Positions 34,747 through 45,875 of a stretch of DNA of 64,000 nucleotides are shown here, piece after piece. The notes under the pieces were generated by a model. It was not told where the DNA came from and searched no databases. It worked only from the letters and a program-made list of their open reading frames with translations. Location of the stretch: contig NC_027218.1 in NCBI RefSeq assembly GCF_000981445.1, positions 2,232,001-2,296,000 of the forward strand. The letters are read 5' to 3'. The position numbers and the translations under genes were made by a program. Origin of the DNA: Babesia bigemina. Taxonomy: Eukaryota. Within the stretch, counting starts at the first letter, position 1. Each line of letters begins with the position of its first letter.

Positions 34747-35296
34747 TTTGCAAAAAAACGCAGATGTACAAGTCGCAAAAAAGTGATGCGTCACCGGCTG
34801 AGCCTGCACTCCACGCGGCGTGACGGCAGGCCGTGCTGTAAGGAAGAAGCTCATACGACGAAAGCTCAGCGCGGTGCGACTGCAGACGGATCATCTATTT
34901 GAGTCAAGTGATATACCGCCTTATCGCGTGCGTCTGTGACGAACGAGATGTGTAGGCACCGCGTCATCGGTGCCGTGTAGAGAGCCGCGGTACACCCTTA
35001 GCCTGTCTGGAAGTATGGTGTACATGGCGAGAAGGCGGCGCTGAAGGTCCTCGCGAGATACCTGGGTCGATTTTTCGGCGGTGTGTTGCCGGCTGCGATG
35101 GCTCCGACGTCGTTACCAGGATGCAATGGCAGACAATGACTGTTAATAGGCGCGGTGTGGAGGTACACGCTCGGATTGCCGCCAGCATCGTAAGCGGAAG
35201 TTGATGTGTCCGTTTCGGGGGCCATTAGGCCATCAGGGTGTAGTTTCGCAGAGTGGTTGAGACATCAGGGCAGACCACCGGGCTGCCTGTAACCTG

Positions 35297-38200
35297 ATGA
35301 TCAGCACCGATGGCGGCTCCAGCGGCAGCCATAACGAGCCCCGTGAGTCAAACGGCGCAGAGGGAGCCAACACGGAAGAGTAAGTCGTTGCAATGAGCTC
35401 CTAATGCCCTTGAAGTGGGATCGCCGCGCTCGAAGATTTCTACTACGTGGACGGGCTCGCGCCACGGAAGGTGGTGGAGCACATATACCGGAGGTACAGG
35501 AGGGGGCACTACTTCTCGTACTTCGGAAACGTGCTCTTCTACCTCATGCCCTCACGGCAGCGGGACATGCGCAGGGAGTACGAGAAGCACCTGTTCAAGG
35601 CCGGCGATGCGGAGCCGCACCTCTTCGGGCTTCTCAACGAGATATTGCATCTGACCGTGGCCTCCCAGTCGCGACCCATGGGGCGAGGGTATGGGTTGCT
35701 GAGCGACCACGCCGGCTCTGCGCCGAAGCGGCGCTTCGACGCGGCGGACCCACAGAACCAGAGACGCAACTGCAATGTCTTTGTGTATGGCGACAGCTCC
35801 TTCGGGCAGATGGACGTCGCGAAACACGCTGTAGAATACTTATCGCAAAGTGCCCACGTTATCGGTCTCGAGGTTAGTTTCGATGCACAAGCCATATTTC
35901 CCCTGTGGTGCCACAGCAATCAGTTGTGACTTCCACAGCAGTTATATAAGTGTTGACGGTGGTGGCTGTGGTTGAGTGGCATTGTTATCACGTTCCCTTT
36001 TGGGGTGTCCGCTTTGTTAAGCATGTCACCTGGTACGGTGTCAGTGAACGCGCGATTGCATTCCGGTTTCACTACTTGTTGCATACAAGGCGTTAAATGA
36101 ATGTGCAGCCATCTGGAGCCATGACTGAGCACATCACGGACGTAAACGACCTGCTGGCGATGTTCGGCGACTACGCATCGCATGACAGCGTCTACCGCAA
36201 CACGCAGATGACCTACAAGCTGAATTTCGACAGTGACCACAAAATGACGTCGATTAGCGTGGTGCCAAATATGGCCACTGATATCTCATGGTGAGTGCGC
36301 ATAGCACTGTCGCCCAACGGTTTCGCAGCACCGCGGTGTCGTCGAGGTTCAGGAGCTACCTGGCCAGCAGGACGGAAGACGCAGCGCTTCGCGACGTTGT
36401 GGTGAGGCCGCCCACAATTTTCTACGCACTGCTGCGCGGCAGCATCCAAAGCAACTTGCGGCGGTGGTTGGCGACGTGCAAGCTCACGGCCAGAGACGCG
36501 AAGCTCATACTGCAGATGCTGCCCGTGCATGAGGAATCGCACCATGACTGGCATCTCAAGACGCTGGAACGCGCCATACGCATACTGTTGAAAATTGGGT
36601 TCAGCGCAGACGAGGTACAGTCGATCATGCAGGTGCTGGCGGCGGTGCTGCTTTTCGACACTTGCACGCTGTTGCGTGACAACTACGAGAGAGACCCGCA
36701 GTCGGGCTCCAGTAGGTCGGTCTCACAGGTGAACAGTCACCGGACCGACCTGAGTGCAAAGGATAGCGGAGGTGGTTCTGGTCGGATGAGCATCAGGAGC
36801 GACGATCCAAACGCATCCTCCCGCACCGCCACCGGGCGGGCCTCGCAGGACGGTGATGGCGTCATCAACCCGAAGGATATTCTCGTGTTCGCTGCGGATG
36901 TGCTCGATATAGGGTTTTTTAGGGTGCCGGCCAAGATGCTGGGGTCACAAGAGCAGCTCTTCAGACTAGAGCTGCTCTCGTCGGAGAGCATGGCTCAACT
37001 AGACAACCTGTCGTCCGCACTCTTCGTGCGCTTGAAGGTCGCCATCTACCGGAAAATAAACAGTTTCCTGGACCTGAAGCGCGGATCCGCAGTGCAGACA
37101 ACAATATCGATCCACTGCAACGCCGGGAGCTTTCCCCAGTCGCTGCACGTGGACAAGCACTGCGACCTTGAGCTGGCCAGGCGGGCGTCCGAGGAGGTCT
37201 TTGTGGACAAGCTCATCACTGCAGCCATGCAACGTAGCAACGCCTCGGACGGCGACCTGGATATGGCGCGCAGGAGCCGGAAGGCGGTGGCCGCATTGAG
37301 TGGAGTCACGGGTCTGCTCGGGAAGGTGGTGGTGATTGCGCATGATAAGGCCAACGGGAAAGGCAACAAAAGCTCATGGCAAGCCGCGAATGTGGCAACA
37401 GGTACGTCGTGCGTGATGAAGAGCCCAATGACGCTTGTGCAGTGGAGCATTCGTGGCACAAGGTGAATTACGACATCTCGTCAATCGCGCAAGAGGAGGC
37501 CCAGATGTTCACGATCCCGAGCCGCGTCTTGAGGCTGTTCGCCTATTCCAAGAACAAGTTCATCATCGACCTGCTCGTCTCCAAAAGGTCGTTACACAAC
37601 GTGTCGGGGGCGTGTGCCGGCGCACTCAGCTACATGACGTTCCTCGACACGACCATCGCAGACGGCGATGAGTCACACTTCATCGTATGCACCAGCCCAA
37701 CACTAGCTCGCAAGCTTTACAGTAAGGTACGTGCCAGGGTTGGCGTGGATCACACTTTCGATCAGCACGCCAACCAATCGGACAGCGCAAGGCGCTCTCC
37801 CGACGAAGATGGACAGCACAAGGGGGATCGGCCTGAGGCGGCGGACGACCACCAAGCGGAACACGAAGACGAGGGCGACATGACGCTGCTTGAGCGGGCG
37901 CTGTCGACTAACGTGCCCATGCTGAAGATATGCGTGACGCAGCGCGACCAGTCGCAGGTGACGCTTGACATATCGGCTGCGCTGAACGCGTTCCTCCCGC
38001 TGGCCTACGTCGCGTTGCACTGTTCGGCGCACCGCAATATACCGCTCATGGATGACAAGGTCACGCTCATGCTCCTGCTGCACGCCTTGAACGTGCCGAC
38101 CTCGGCGTACAAGATCTCGGAGAAGACCGTCACCTTGAGGCGGGCGCTGTGCGTCAAGATACTGGCACGCGCATTCACGTACCTGACCGAGGTGATGGGC

Positions 38201-40585
38201 AGCGTGAAGCTGATACAGCGCTGGTGGTTCGGATACAACGTCATCAGACTCAAGGAGAAGCTCGCCCGAACCGTGGTACGCATACAGGCGCGCGTGAGGG
38301 AGCGGCTGTTCCAGGAGCACGTGCATACCCGGGCGAAGGCCCGCGCTCTCAGCACGGATTTCATAGGGCTATGCGTGGTCCTGTACCACCTCAAGGTGAG
38401 CCTGCTCTCCTCATCGCAGAAAACGCTGCAACTCCTGCACTCTATGGAGAAGCGGTACCACGAGAAGGAGTACCACCACATACAACACGCCGCTGCAGCC
38501 TACATCCAGGCGTGCTGGCGCGGCAGGGTGCAGCGGAAACGGTACGACCAGATGCGCGTCGAACAGCTGGAGGACTTCGGGGCCGCACTGGTCCAGTCCG
38601 CCATCAGGAGGTTCCTGGCAACCGCCAAGCTGGTACAGCAGAAACCCACGCGCGACATAGCGGCGACGGCTATCCAAGCTGCGTACCGCGGGTACCGTGC
38701 GAGGCGACAGTACGAGGTGCTCACGGGACTCAAACTCGCGCTTCTCTCCGTCGTGCGGAAGGGGTCGAAGCTCCTCAGCCTGGGGGACCACCTCAAGTTC
38801 GTCAAGGAGCGCAAGCGATACAACTCCACCACGATGCAGATGAAGAAGCTCATCATGATGCAGACCAACCTGCCCCCAGGGTTCACAAAGGTGCAGAACA
38901 TGATCCGGATGTACTTCGTGCGCAAGCAGTACCTGCACCTGCGCTCGGCCATCGAGAAGGTGCAGGCGCTGGGGATGACCAAGGTGGCGCGCATAAAGTA
39001 CCTCGAGAAGGTCAAGGCCGCCACTACGATACAGCGTTGGTGGCGCGGCGTTAGACCTCCCGGCGTTGCGCCGCTGTCGGGCAACGCCTTGTACTACCTC
39101 AACATGAGGGAGTACGCGGCCGCAGCGCCCCTGCGCGAGCTTTGCAACGCGGTCGGCATGACGCTCTTCCACTTCCGCGCGTACCACGACCTGCGGCACG
39201 TTTACCCGCGTTCGTGGGCCGCAGAAGCGAGCGGGATACTGGATTACTTGATTCAGATGCAGCTCACGTTTATCGACACCGGGAACGCAGAATGCCCGCG
39301 CATCGTCGGCCTGCAGTTCGCGGTGGGAGCGTACCACAGTCTGATGCTGGTATCGTACACCCAAGGCGGCAGTACAGCGCTCTACTCATGGGGAGGGGCC
39401 GCGGTTTTGGAGGCGGAAACGGCCCCGCATCCACGGACGGCTGGAAACAGGCCAGGAACGGGATCCACGGGCGGAAAACCGAAGAGGCTGCATACGCAGT
39501 ACCTGCCAAAGCCCCTGGAATTCTACACATGGGATACCACGGAGCTCGTCGGTTTGGGGCGGCCGCAGATGGTGTTGGTACCGCGAGTGGAGATCACGTC
39601 GATTGCTTGCGGCAACGAATTCTCATTGGCGCTGGATCGCAGCGGGAGAGTGTACAGCTGGGGCACAAACGTGCACGGGCAGTGTGGCCAGGGCCACAGG
39701 CTCACGTACGTCTGGTCGCCGACGATGCTGCCGTTGCGCGAGGTGACTGGGGCATGGTGCGGCGAGGAGCACTCGGTTGTGCGGGTCTCCGTCGGCGAGT
39801 ACTTCGTGTTCGGACGGGCGTTCGGGTACGCAATATACGCGCCCGAGGACATCAAGGCGCACTGCCAGGCTATACAACGGCAGCGCATAGTGGCGGTGGC
39901 GTGCGGCGGCACTATGACCGTGCTGTACACGGCCGAGCTGCGCTACGTGCTACGCGTGCTGGGAGGCAGTGCGGCATTTGCTGAGTGCTACAACCTGCGC
40001 GGAAACATACACTCGGTGTGTACCAACGGCCGCATGATATGCGCCGTCGTGGACAAGGTTACCGAAGGAGGTGCCCTCGGGCAGCAGGTCCTGGCATGGG
40101 GGCACCTGCGCTGCTTCTCGAAGCACTTCAAGGAGCCGCTGCCCAACACGGCGCTGCTCGTCAACGCTTTCTGCGAGATGTTGGAGCACCCGGAGAGGAG
40201 GCGCCCGCGAAGGTCGCTGGTCAAGGTGGATTCGCATCTGGCCAAGTCGTGCTCAATTGCAGTGCCCACCCCGGTGAACATCGCCAAGCGCGTGCTCAGC
40301 GTCACCTGCGACCACCAGCAGATGCTGTTCACGTGCCTGCATGGGGTGGTGCTCGGCGTACAGACCTTCGAGCTCATCCACGACAGCCCGAGCGACATCC
40401 GCGACTCAGACGGCCACGGCATACGGCTCAGCCCCCAGGTTACCAACGCCCGACTCGAACCGGCGCTATACCAGTTCGCCGCGCTGGAGCAGTCGGAAGC
40501 GCAGGTGCAGCTCGCCTATAACCGGCTCTCCTGCTCCGTCGGCTACGTCGCCACGCCTACACCGGCCGACCAGACTCTTGTTTGA
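35297..40585 (+). CDS. Divergent myosin-like protein: degenerate motor head, ~8 IQ motifs and an RCC1-like tail (MyoH-type architecture)
   Basis: Joined exons keep myosin-head landmarks (HIYRRYRRGHYFSYFGNVLFYLMP, LLAMFGD, TIFYALLRG, IGFSADEVQSIMQVLAAVL, VEHSWHKVNY). IQ motifs lie at ~38205-39055; an RCC1 repeat reads IACGNEFSLALDRSGRVYSWGTNVHGQCGQG. Confidence 0.8.
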
Positions 40586-40662
40586 ATTTTGCGGCGTATC
40601 GCGTTCTGTAACACATAGAAGCGGGTGATAAAAATTAGATTGTGCAGTCCGCGAGCTCGGAG

Positions 40663-41634
40663 ATGGGCTACGGGGCTAAGCGCCACCGGGGAAACCCGCG
40701 GCGCGACGGTCCCTCGGACCGCCCTGGGCACAGGGGCCGCGGCATGGCTCCCTACCAGTTTAAGGTCGACGAGGCGCTCTACCAGGCCAACCACGAGGCA
40801 GCAGCCGCCCTGAGGCGCCGGATTTTGGTGAGGGAGGACGCGGAAGGCTTCGACATCGGGCCCTGCCAGTTTAGACAGATATCCAAATTCAAGCCACTGG
40901 ACCTACGTGATGCCCCGCCTAGGAGCCACATGGGCGCCGCTGAGGGCGGATGCCCCTTGTGCGCCTCGGGAGTGCAGCGGGAGCAGCGCCTATCGCAATC
41001 AACAGCGGCCTTCCTGGCGATGGAGCAGCAGCGGCACGCCATACTGCACGACCAGCTCGTGCTGGCGCCAAAGCAGCACATGCAGAGCACGCTGTACCTC
41101 GACGACAACGCCTACACCGAGATACGCAACTACCAGAAAACGCTGGTGCGCATGTTCGACGAGCAGGGCAAGGCCGTCGTGTTCGTCGAGCTCTCGCTGC
41201 GCGACCCGTACCTGCGGAACAAGGAGGACTCCGGCACGCGGCGGCACCAGCACTGCCGTATCGACTGCTTCCCGATACCGGCGGAGGCGCTCGACGAGGC
41301 CAAGAGCTTCTTTCGCAAGGCCATCGGCGACCTGGTCCCAGAGTGGTCGAGGAACAAGAAGGTACTCGAGGTCAAGGGAAAGACCGGCGTTCGCGAGCAT
41401 ATACCCAGGGGGTTCGACTTCGTGCACGTGGACTACTCGCTCTCCGGCGACGGCATCGCCTGCGTCGTGGAGGACGCCAGCAGGGTGCAAATGTCATTCG
41501 CCAGAGAGGTCATTGCCGGCGTGCTCAGGATGGACGCCATGGCACGCGCATTCAGGAAGCCAGACACTTACAAGCAGGCGCTCAGCTGGCTACGCAACCA
41601 GTACCAAAACTTCGATTGGACTAACATTAAGTAG
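40663..41634 (+). CDS. CWF19L2: Cwf19-like protein 2 (CwfJ C-terminal domains)
   Basis: CPLC, EIRNYQKTLVRMF, VVFVE, HCRIDCFPIP, FFRKAI...EWSRNKK, FAREVIAGVL and a terminal FDWT. Confidence 0.85.
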   Translation: MGYGAKRHRGNPRRDGPSDRPGHRGRGMAPYQFKVDEALYQANHEAAAALRRRILVREDAEGFDIGPCQFRQISKFKPLDLRDAPPRSHMGAAEGGCPLCASGVQREQRLSQSTAAFLAMEQQRHAILHDQLVLAPKQHMQSTLYLDDNAYTEIRNYQKTLVRMFDEQGKAVVFVELSLRDPYLRNKEDSGTRRHQHCRIDCFPIPAEALDEAKSFFRKAIGDLVPEWSRNKKVLEVKGKTGVREHIPRGFDFVHVDYSLSGDGIACVVEDASRVQMSFAREVIAGVLRMDAMARAFRKPDTYKQALSWLRNQYQNFDWTNIK

Positions 41635-42568
41635 GCGCCTCGGCGCCGATGTCCTGGTAGTCGAGCTGACGACGCGCAGCACGGCGCTCCTCGTTCTCCG
41701 CCGCTACGCTCGACAAGAAACGCTGCTCAAGTGACTCCATGTCGGCGCTGGTGTGGCCCTGGGAGCCGTACAGCTCCAGGTTTGACGCGTTTATCTCCAG
41801 GAAGTTGCGCCCCCAGCCGAAAGGGGCCAGGATGCGTGTGGCTTCGTTCCCCATGCCTGCTGGTTGGTGAGGCACGGAGTGGTGGCGACTCACCTAGGAT
41901 GTGCAAGCCGGCGGCCAGCGCCTCCACGCAAGACAGCTCGAAGGGGCGCCCGTAGTGAGTTGGGTTGGCGGCGATGAGGAAGGGGAGCAGGCGCGCATGC
42001 TCTGTAGAAGCATTGGACACTTGACGGGGCTAAACACGAACGGTTCAACTGCCAGACGCATAAAACGCACATCTAAGTTAATAAAACAGTAAAGCAACTT
42101 ACTGACGCTCAGTTGGCCCTGGTTGACGGTGTCGACCTTGTTCCAGGAGCAGTCGATGACCGCCAATCCGCGGGTGCGCACGATCTCCAGGTCCTCCAAC
42201 GACAGCTTGCTGCGGCCGAACGGGCTCAACACCACGCCGGCGAACGACTGCCCGATCCTCAACGGATGTATCAGCTTCATACGAAGCAGCTTCCGGCCGG
42301 TGCAGCGTTTCTGGTCGCACTGGTTGAAGTCCCACATGAACAGCTTCACTTTGCTGTCGGCCGATGCGGGGCGGTCCGTCGGAGGCGACGGCTGAACGCA
42401 CTCAACCTCATCGGCGTCTTCGTGGGTTTCGCTGGCGCTAGGAATCTCGGGAATCTCCTGCGCCGGTGCCCCGGACGACAGCCGCAGCGCACGAGCGTAG
42501 ACATCGTGGATGCTGCCCGCGCTCCCGGCTTTGCGCTGCGGCAGCTTCTTGCGATTACCGGGCGCCAT
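41627..42568 (-). CDS. TSR3: 18S rRNA aminocarboxypropyltransferase Tsr3 (3 exons)
   Basis: [53 protein letters not shown] and [11 protein letters not shown]. Confidence 0.95.
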
Positions 42569-42784
42569 TGGCGGTTATTAATTTGCTGTATGTGGCGAGA
42601 TGGTGCCCTAGGGCCCTCGGTGCCGCGGAAGGCGGCCCCTGGCGGCGCGACCTACAAACACGCGCCAAGGGCGACTGCGGCCGATATGCGGTGTAGAACG
42701 CGGCAGTTCAGTGTGTTGCGATGTATATATACAGCATTTATGACGGTGTCCAACATAGACTTGATGGAGGCGCTGTGCAGCCGG

Positions 42785-45112
42785 TCAGTCCCACAGCTTG
42801 ATCGTACCGTCCCAAGAGCACGTGGCCAGACGTGAAGGCTGCAGAGGATGCCATTGGCAGTCCATGGTCACAGACTTGTGACCCGGAAGCGTCACCAGGT
42901 TGCGGCAGGTCCTCCAGTCCCACAAAAAGACACGGCCGCGCACGTCGCCACTCGCCACGTAGCGGCCGTCAGGCGAACACGTCGGCCGGATGGCGTAGCC
43001 GCTGCAGATGTGGCCCTTGAACCGCTTGCCGCCGAAGAAGCGGAAGCGCGAATGGGACGACTCGTACACCAGAATCTGGTTGCTCATCGCCTGAGCGAGC
43101 ATGAACTTGTCGCTCGGGTGCATCACCACCGCGGGCATGCTGTGCATCGACGGGTCCGCCAGCTGCTTCACGGGCACCGGCAGGTTGTACTCCCATATGA
43201 CTATACGACGGTCGTCACCGGTGGTCATCAGCTTGCGGTCGTCGTTGAAGAAGGTGGCGGTGCTCACGTTCGACATGTGCGCGCTGTACTCCAGCGACAC
43301 CTTACCGGTACGGGCGTCATACTGGCACGCCTTGCGATTCGCGCCACCGACGATGAATATGCCCTCGTCCTTGGGGTAGACGGTCACGCAGTACGGCAGG
43401 GCTTCCTGCGCGTAGACGCCAAGCACCTTGCCGTACTCGGTGTCCCACAGGATAACCGAGGAGTCGTAACCGCAGCTGTAAAACTTGGTGCCATACGCGT
43501 TCGCGAACGCTATATCACGCACGCCTTTGCAGTGGCCCTTGAAGGTGCGCATACAACGCCTATTGTTGTTCGCGTCCCATATCTTCACGAAGCCGTCCAT
43601 GGAGGCGGACAGCAGGCAGTGCCCGGTGCGAGGGATGTACCTGATGGCCTGCACGGCCATCGTGTGGCCGGTGTACGTGTACACCTCTTTCTTAGGCAGG
43701 AACGACTTGTATTCTTCAGGGTCCACCATTTTTAAGTTCTTCGGAGGAAGCACCCACGGACGTGAGGGGGGCGAACTCGGATCGACCGTGCGGTGGAACG
43801 TCGAGACGACCACGCCATCGTACCGCGTTTCCGATTTTCCATCCTCGACCACGATTTCGTTACGGCCTAGAGCAACATCAGGGGTGCAGCTCGGAAAGGC
43901 CATGCCGACGTGGGCCATCTTGTGCGTGTTCGTCTCGAACACCGGTAACTTGGGCTTCTCCTCCTCAGGCTTGCCCTCTTCCTTGGGAGCGACATCGGCA
44001 GCTGGTTGAACGGTCTCTTCGTACGGTCGCCACGGTCCGAACACTCCCTCTTCTTCAACCTCCTTTTCAGTCAGACGCCGACGCCGCTTAGCGTCGCCGT
44101 CACTTTGGTGGGCGAGGGACACTTGCCGGTCGCCTTCACGCAACTGGTCATCAAAGCTGACCTCGTCCACATACGTTTTCTCGGTGACGCCGGAGGGAGT
44201 GACAAACACGCCGCTGACGGACTCGGCTTCCGGCGCCATTGGGTTCCTATTAGCCTTATTGTAGCTCTCGAGGGCCTTCTGCGTAATCACCGAAATGCTC
44301 TGGTGGTACGGGTGGTCAACGGGGTAGTTTAACAACACCATGTCCTGTGCATTCCTAGTGTGCTCCCTCAGCCGGCTCTTCATCAGAGCTGTGGCGTTAG
44401 CCTCCATGCTTTGCATCTTACGCGCAACCACCTCGGGCTCGGTAATCGCCGCTCCAGCGTCGGCATCTGCGCCGCTAACACTCACGAGCCCAGTAGCGTT
44501 GTTGCGAGACCCAAATTGAACCGACACCACACCCATGCGACCATCCGGCAACACGGCAAGGGAGGAGCTCTCCTCCGTGGAAGGTTTGTACTTGCCGCCA
44601 TAGCGCACCGGCCTCTCCGTGCTAATGTCGTTGGACTTCGCTAGGTTTGAGCGGTGATATGAGGCGTGAATCCGAGAGCTCAGAGAGCCGGCTCCTTCTA
44701 GGGCCTCGGTGTCCATGGTATTGACGTTGGCAAAGCTGGGCGTAGGTTGCGATTTGGTTGATTCGGAAGCCGAAGGTGCTTGTGCGGCTGTGGATCCATG
44801 GTTTACTGTTTGGCTTGAAGGGGTGTATGGGTTGCGATTGGTGGTAGAGGATGGATCGGAGCTTTGGGTCACACTGGACTGCGGTGTCGAGCGGCCGCTA
44901 CCAAAGGCCAAAAAGTGCTGGTGGACCGGGTTACTAGTAATTAGACCGTCTCCTCCCGGTTGCTGTCCATTATTGATCCCTTTGTACGCGCTATTGGTCG
45001 CGCTGGAGCCTTGTTTCCCCTTCCCTGCTGATGGCGCGGGCGTGAGTGTGGTAGGCGCCGTGTCACCGGGCGGAGCGCCATCGTCGCTATCGTAAGAGGT
45101 CAGCGAATCCAT
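42785..45112 (-). CDS. CDC40: Pre-mRNA splicing factor Prp17/Cdc40 (WD40)
   Basis: LPKKEVYTYTGH...LLSASMDGFVKIWD...RTFKGH, MHSMPAV, FKGHICSGYA and WHP...ATCSWDGTIKLWD*; likely start MDSLTSYDSD. Confidence 0.92.
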   Translation of the reverse strand: MDSLTSYDSDDGAPPGDTAPTTLTPAPSAGKGKQGSSATNSAYKGINNGQQPGGDGLITSNPVHQHFLAFGSGRSTPQSSVTQSSDPSSTTNRNPYTPSSQTVNHGSTAAQAPSASESTKSQPTPSFANVNTMDTEALEGAGSLSSRIHASYHRSNLAKSNDISTERPVRYGGKYKPSTEESSSLAVLPDGRMGVVSVQFGSRNNATGLVSVSGADADAGAAITEPEVVARKMQSMEANATALMKSRLREHTRNAQDMVLLNYPVDHPYHQSISVITQKALESYNKANRNPMAPEAESVSGVFVTPSGVTEKTYVDEVSFDDQLREGDRQVSLAHQSDGDAKRRRRLTEKEVEEEGVFGPWRPYEETVQPAADVAPKEEGKPEEEKPKLPVFETNTHKMAHVGMAFPSCTPDVALGRNEIVVEDGKSETRYDGVVVSTFHRTVDPSSPPSRPWVLPPKNLKMVDPEEYKSFLPKKEVYTYTGHTMAVQAIRYIPRTGHCLLSASMDGFVKIWDANNNRRCMRTFKGHCKGVRDIAFANAYGTKFYSCGYDSSVILWDTEYGKVLGVYAQEALPYCVTVYPKDEGIFIVGGANRKACQYDARTGKVSLEYSAHMSNVSTATFFNDDRKLMTTGDDRRIVIWEYNLPVPVKQLADPSMHSMPAVVMHPSDKFMLAQAMSNQILVYESSHSRFRFFGGKRFKGHICSGYAIRPTCSPDGRYVASGDVRGRVFLWDWRTCRNLVTLPGHKSVTMDCQWHPLQPSRLATCSWDGTIKLWD

Positions 45113-45875
45113 TATGCAGGGAACCAGATTCACATTCCGACGCGCCTTGTAGCTTGATCGGCAGCTAACGCCGTCGCGATAGAAGACACACCTAACTGCA
45201 AGTAAGGAGCAGCTTCAACGGCAAATCAAACGTGATAGCGCTTGAAATAAGAGCCTTCACACATAGCCACGCGCTAGATACTATGCCTCTCGCATAAATG
45301 TTCCTAAGCGGTCGCGACAGCCTACTCCGCAAATGTTGAACACATCTCCAAGGGCGTGGAAGGACGCCCCTCAGCCTGCTCCGGCAAAAGCATACATCGG
45401 ACTTCCCGATGCTGACATTATCCCTCAATTTTAACTCAAGTGCACGTATGTGATGAATTACGTCGCATATGCGGCAGAGGCTGCGGACGAACGCGGCCCG
45501 CCGCTGCCGGAGGGCGATTGTGGGTGATCGTGGAAGTTTACACAAACGCCGCGGGGGTTAACCCAAAGTCTAACACCGATAGGGTTAGACTAAAAACAGC
45601 CTGGTCGTTGGGAGTCAGGAGGAGACTAGATTCGCTCTAGCCTTCGAGCTCCAGAACCGGGAATTGGGACGATCACGCGACGCGACATTTGGATGCACGT
45701 ACCGGCCGTCAAAAATGACGCTGTACTGACCGCCGAAGTGGGCGTATACCGGTGATAGAATCGGTTCTGAAGCTTTGAACGGCGGAAGCGGGCGCTGCTC
45801 TGGAGAAGCGCTGTACACAGCCCAGCGACAAACGCCAGGCGAATCCTAGGAGTTTACCAATTGATCATACACGAA

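Noticed and set aside
36338..36350. SSRF peptide resembling myosin switch I
   Set aside because: It falls inside the predicted intron (gtgagt...gttcag) and is out of order relative to the other head motifs.
37376..37466. Apparent frameshift between ORFs 36288-37466 and 37376-40585
   Set aside because: Explained by a canonical short intron (gtacgt...tgtgcag), which restores ANVATVEHSWHKVNY.
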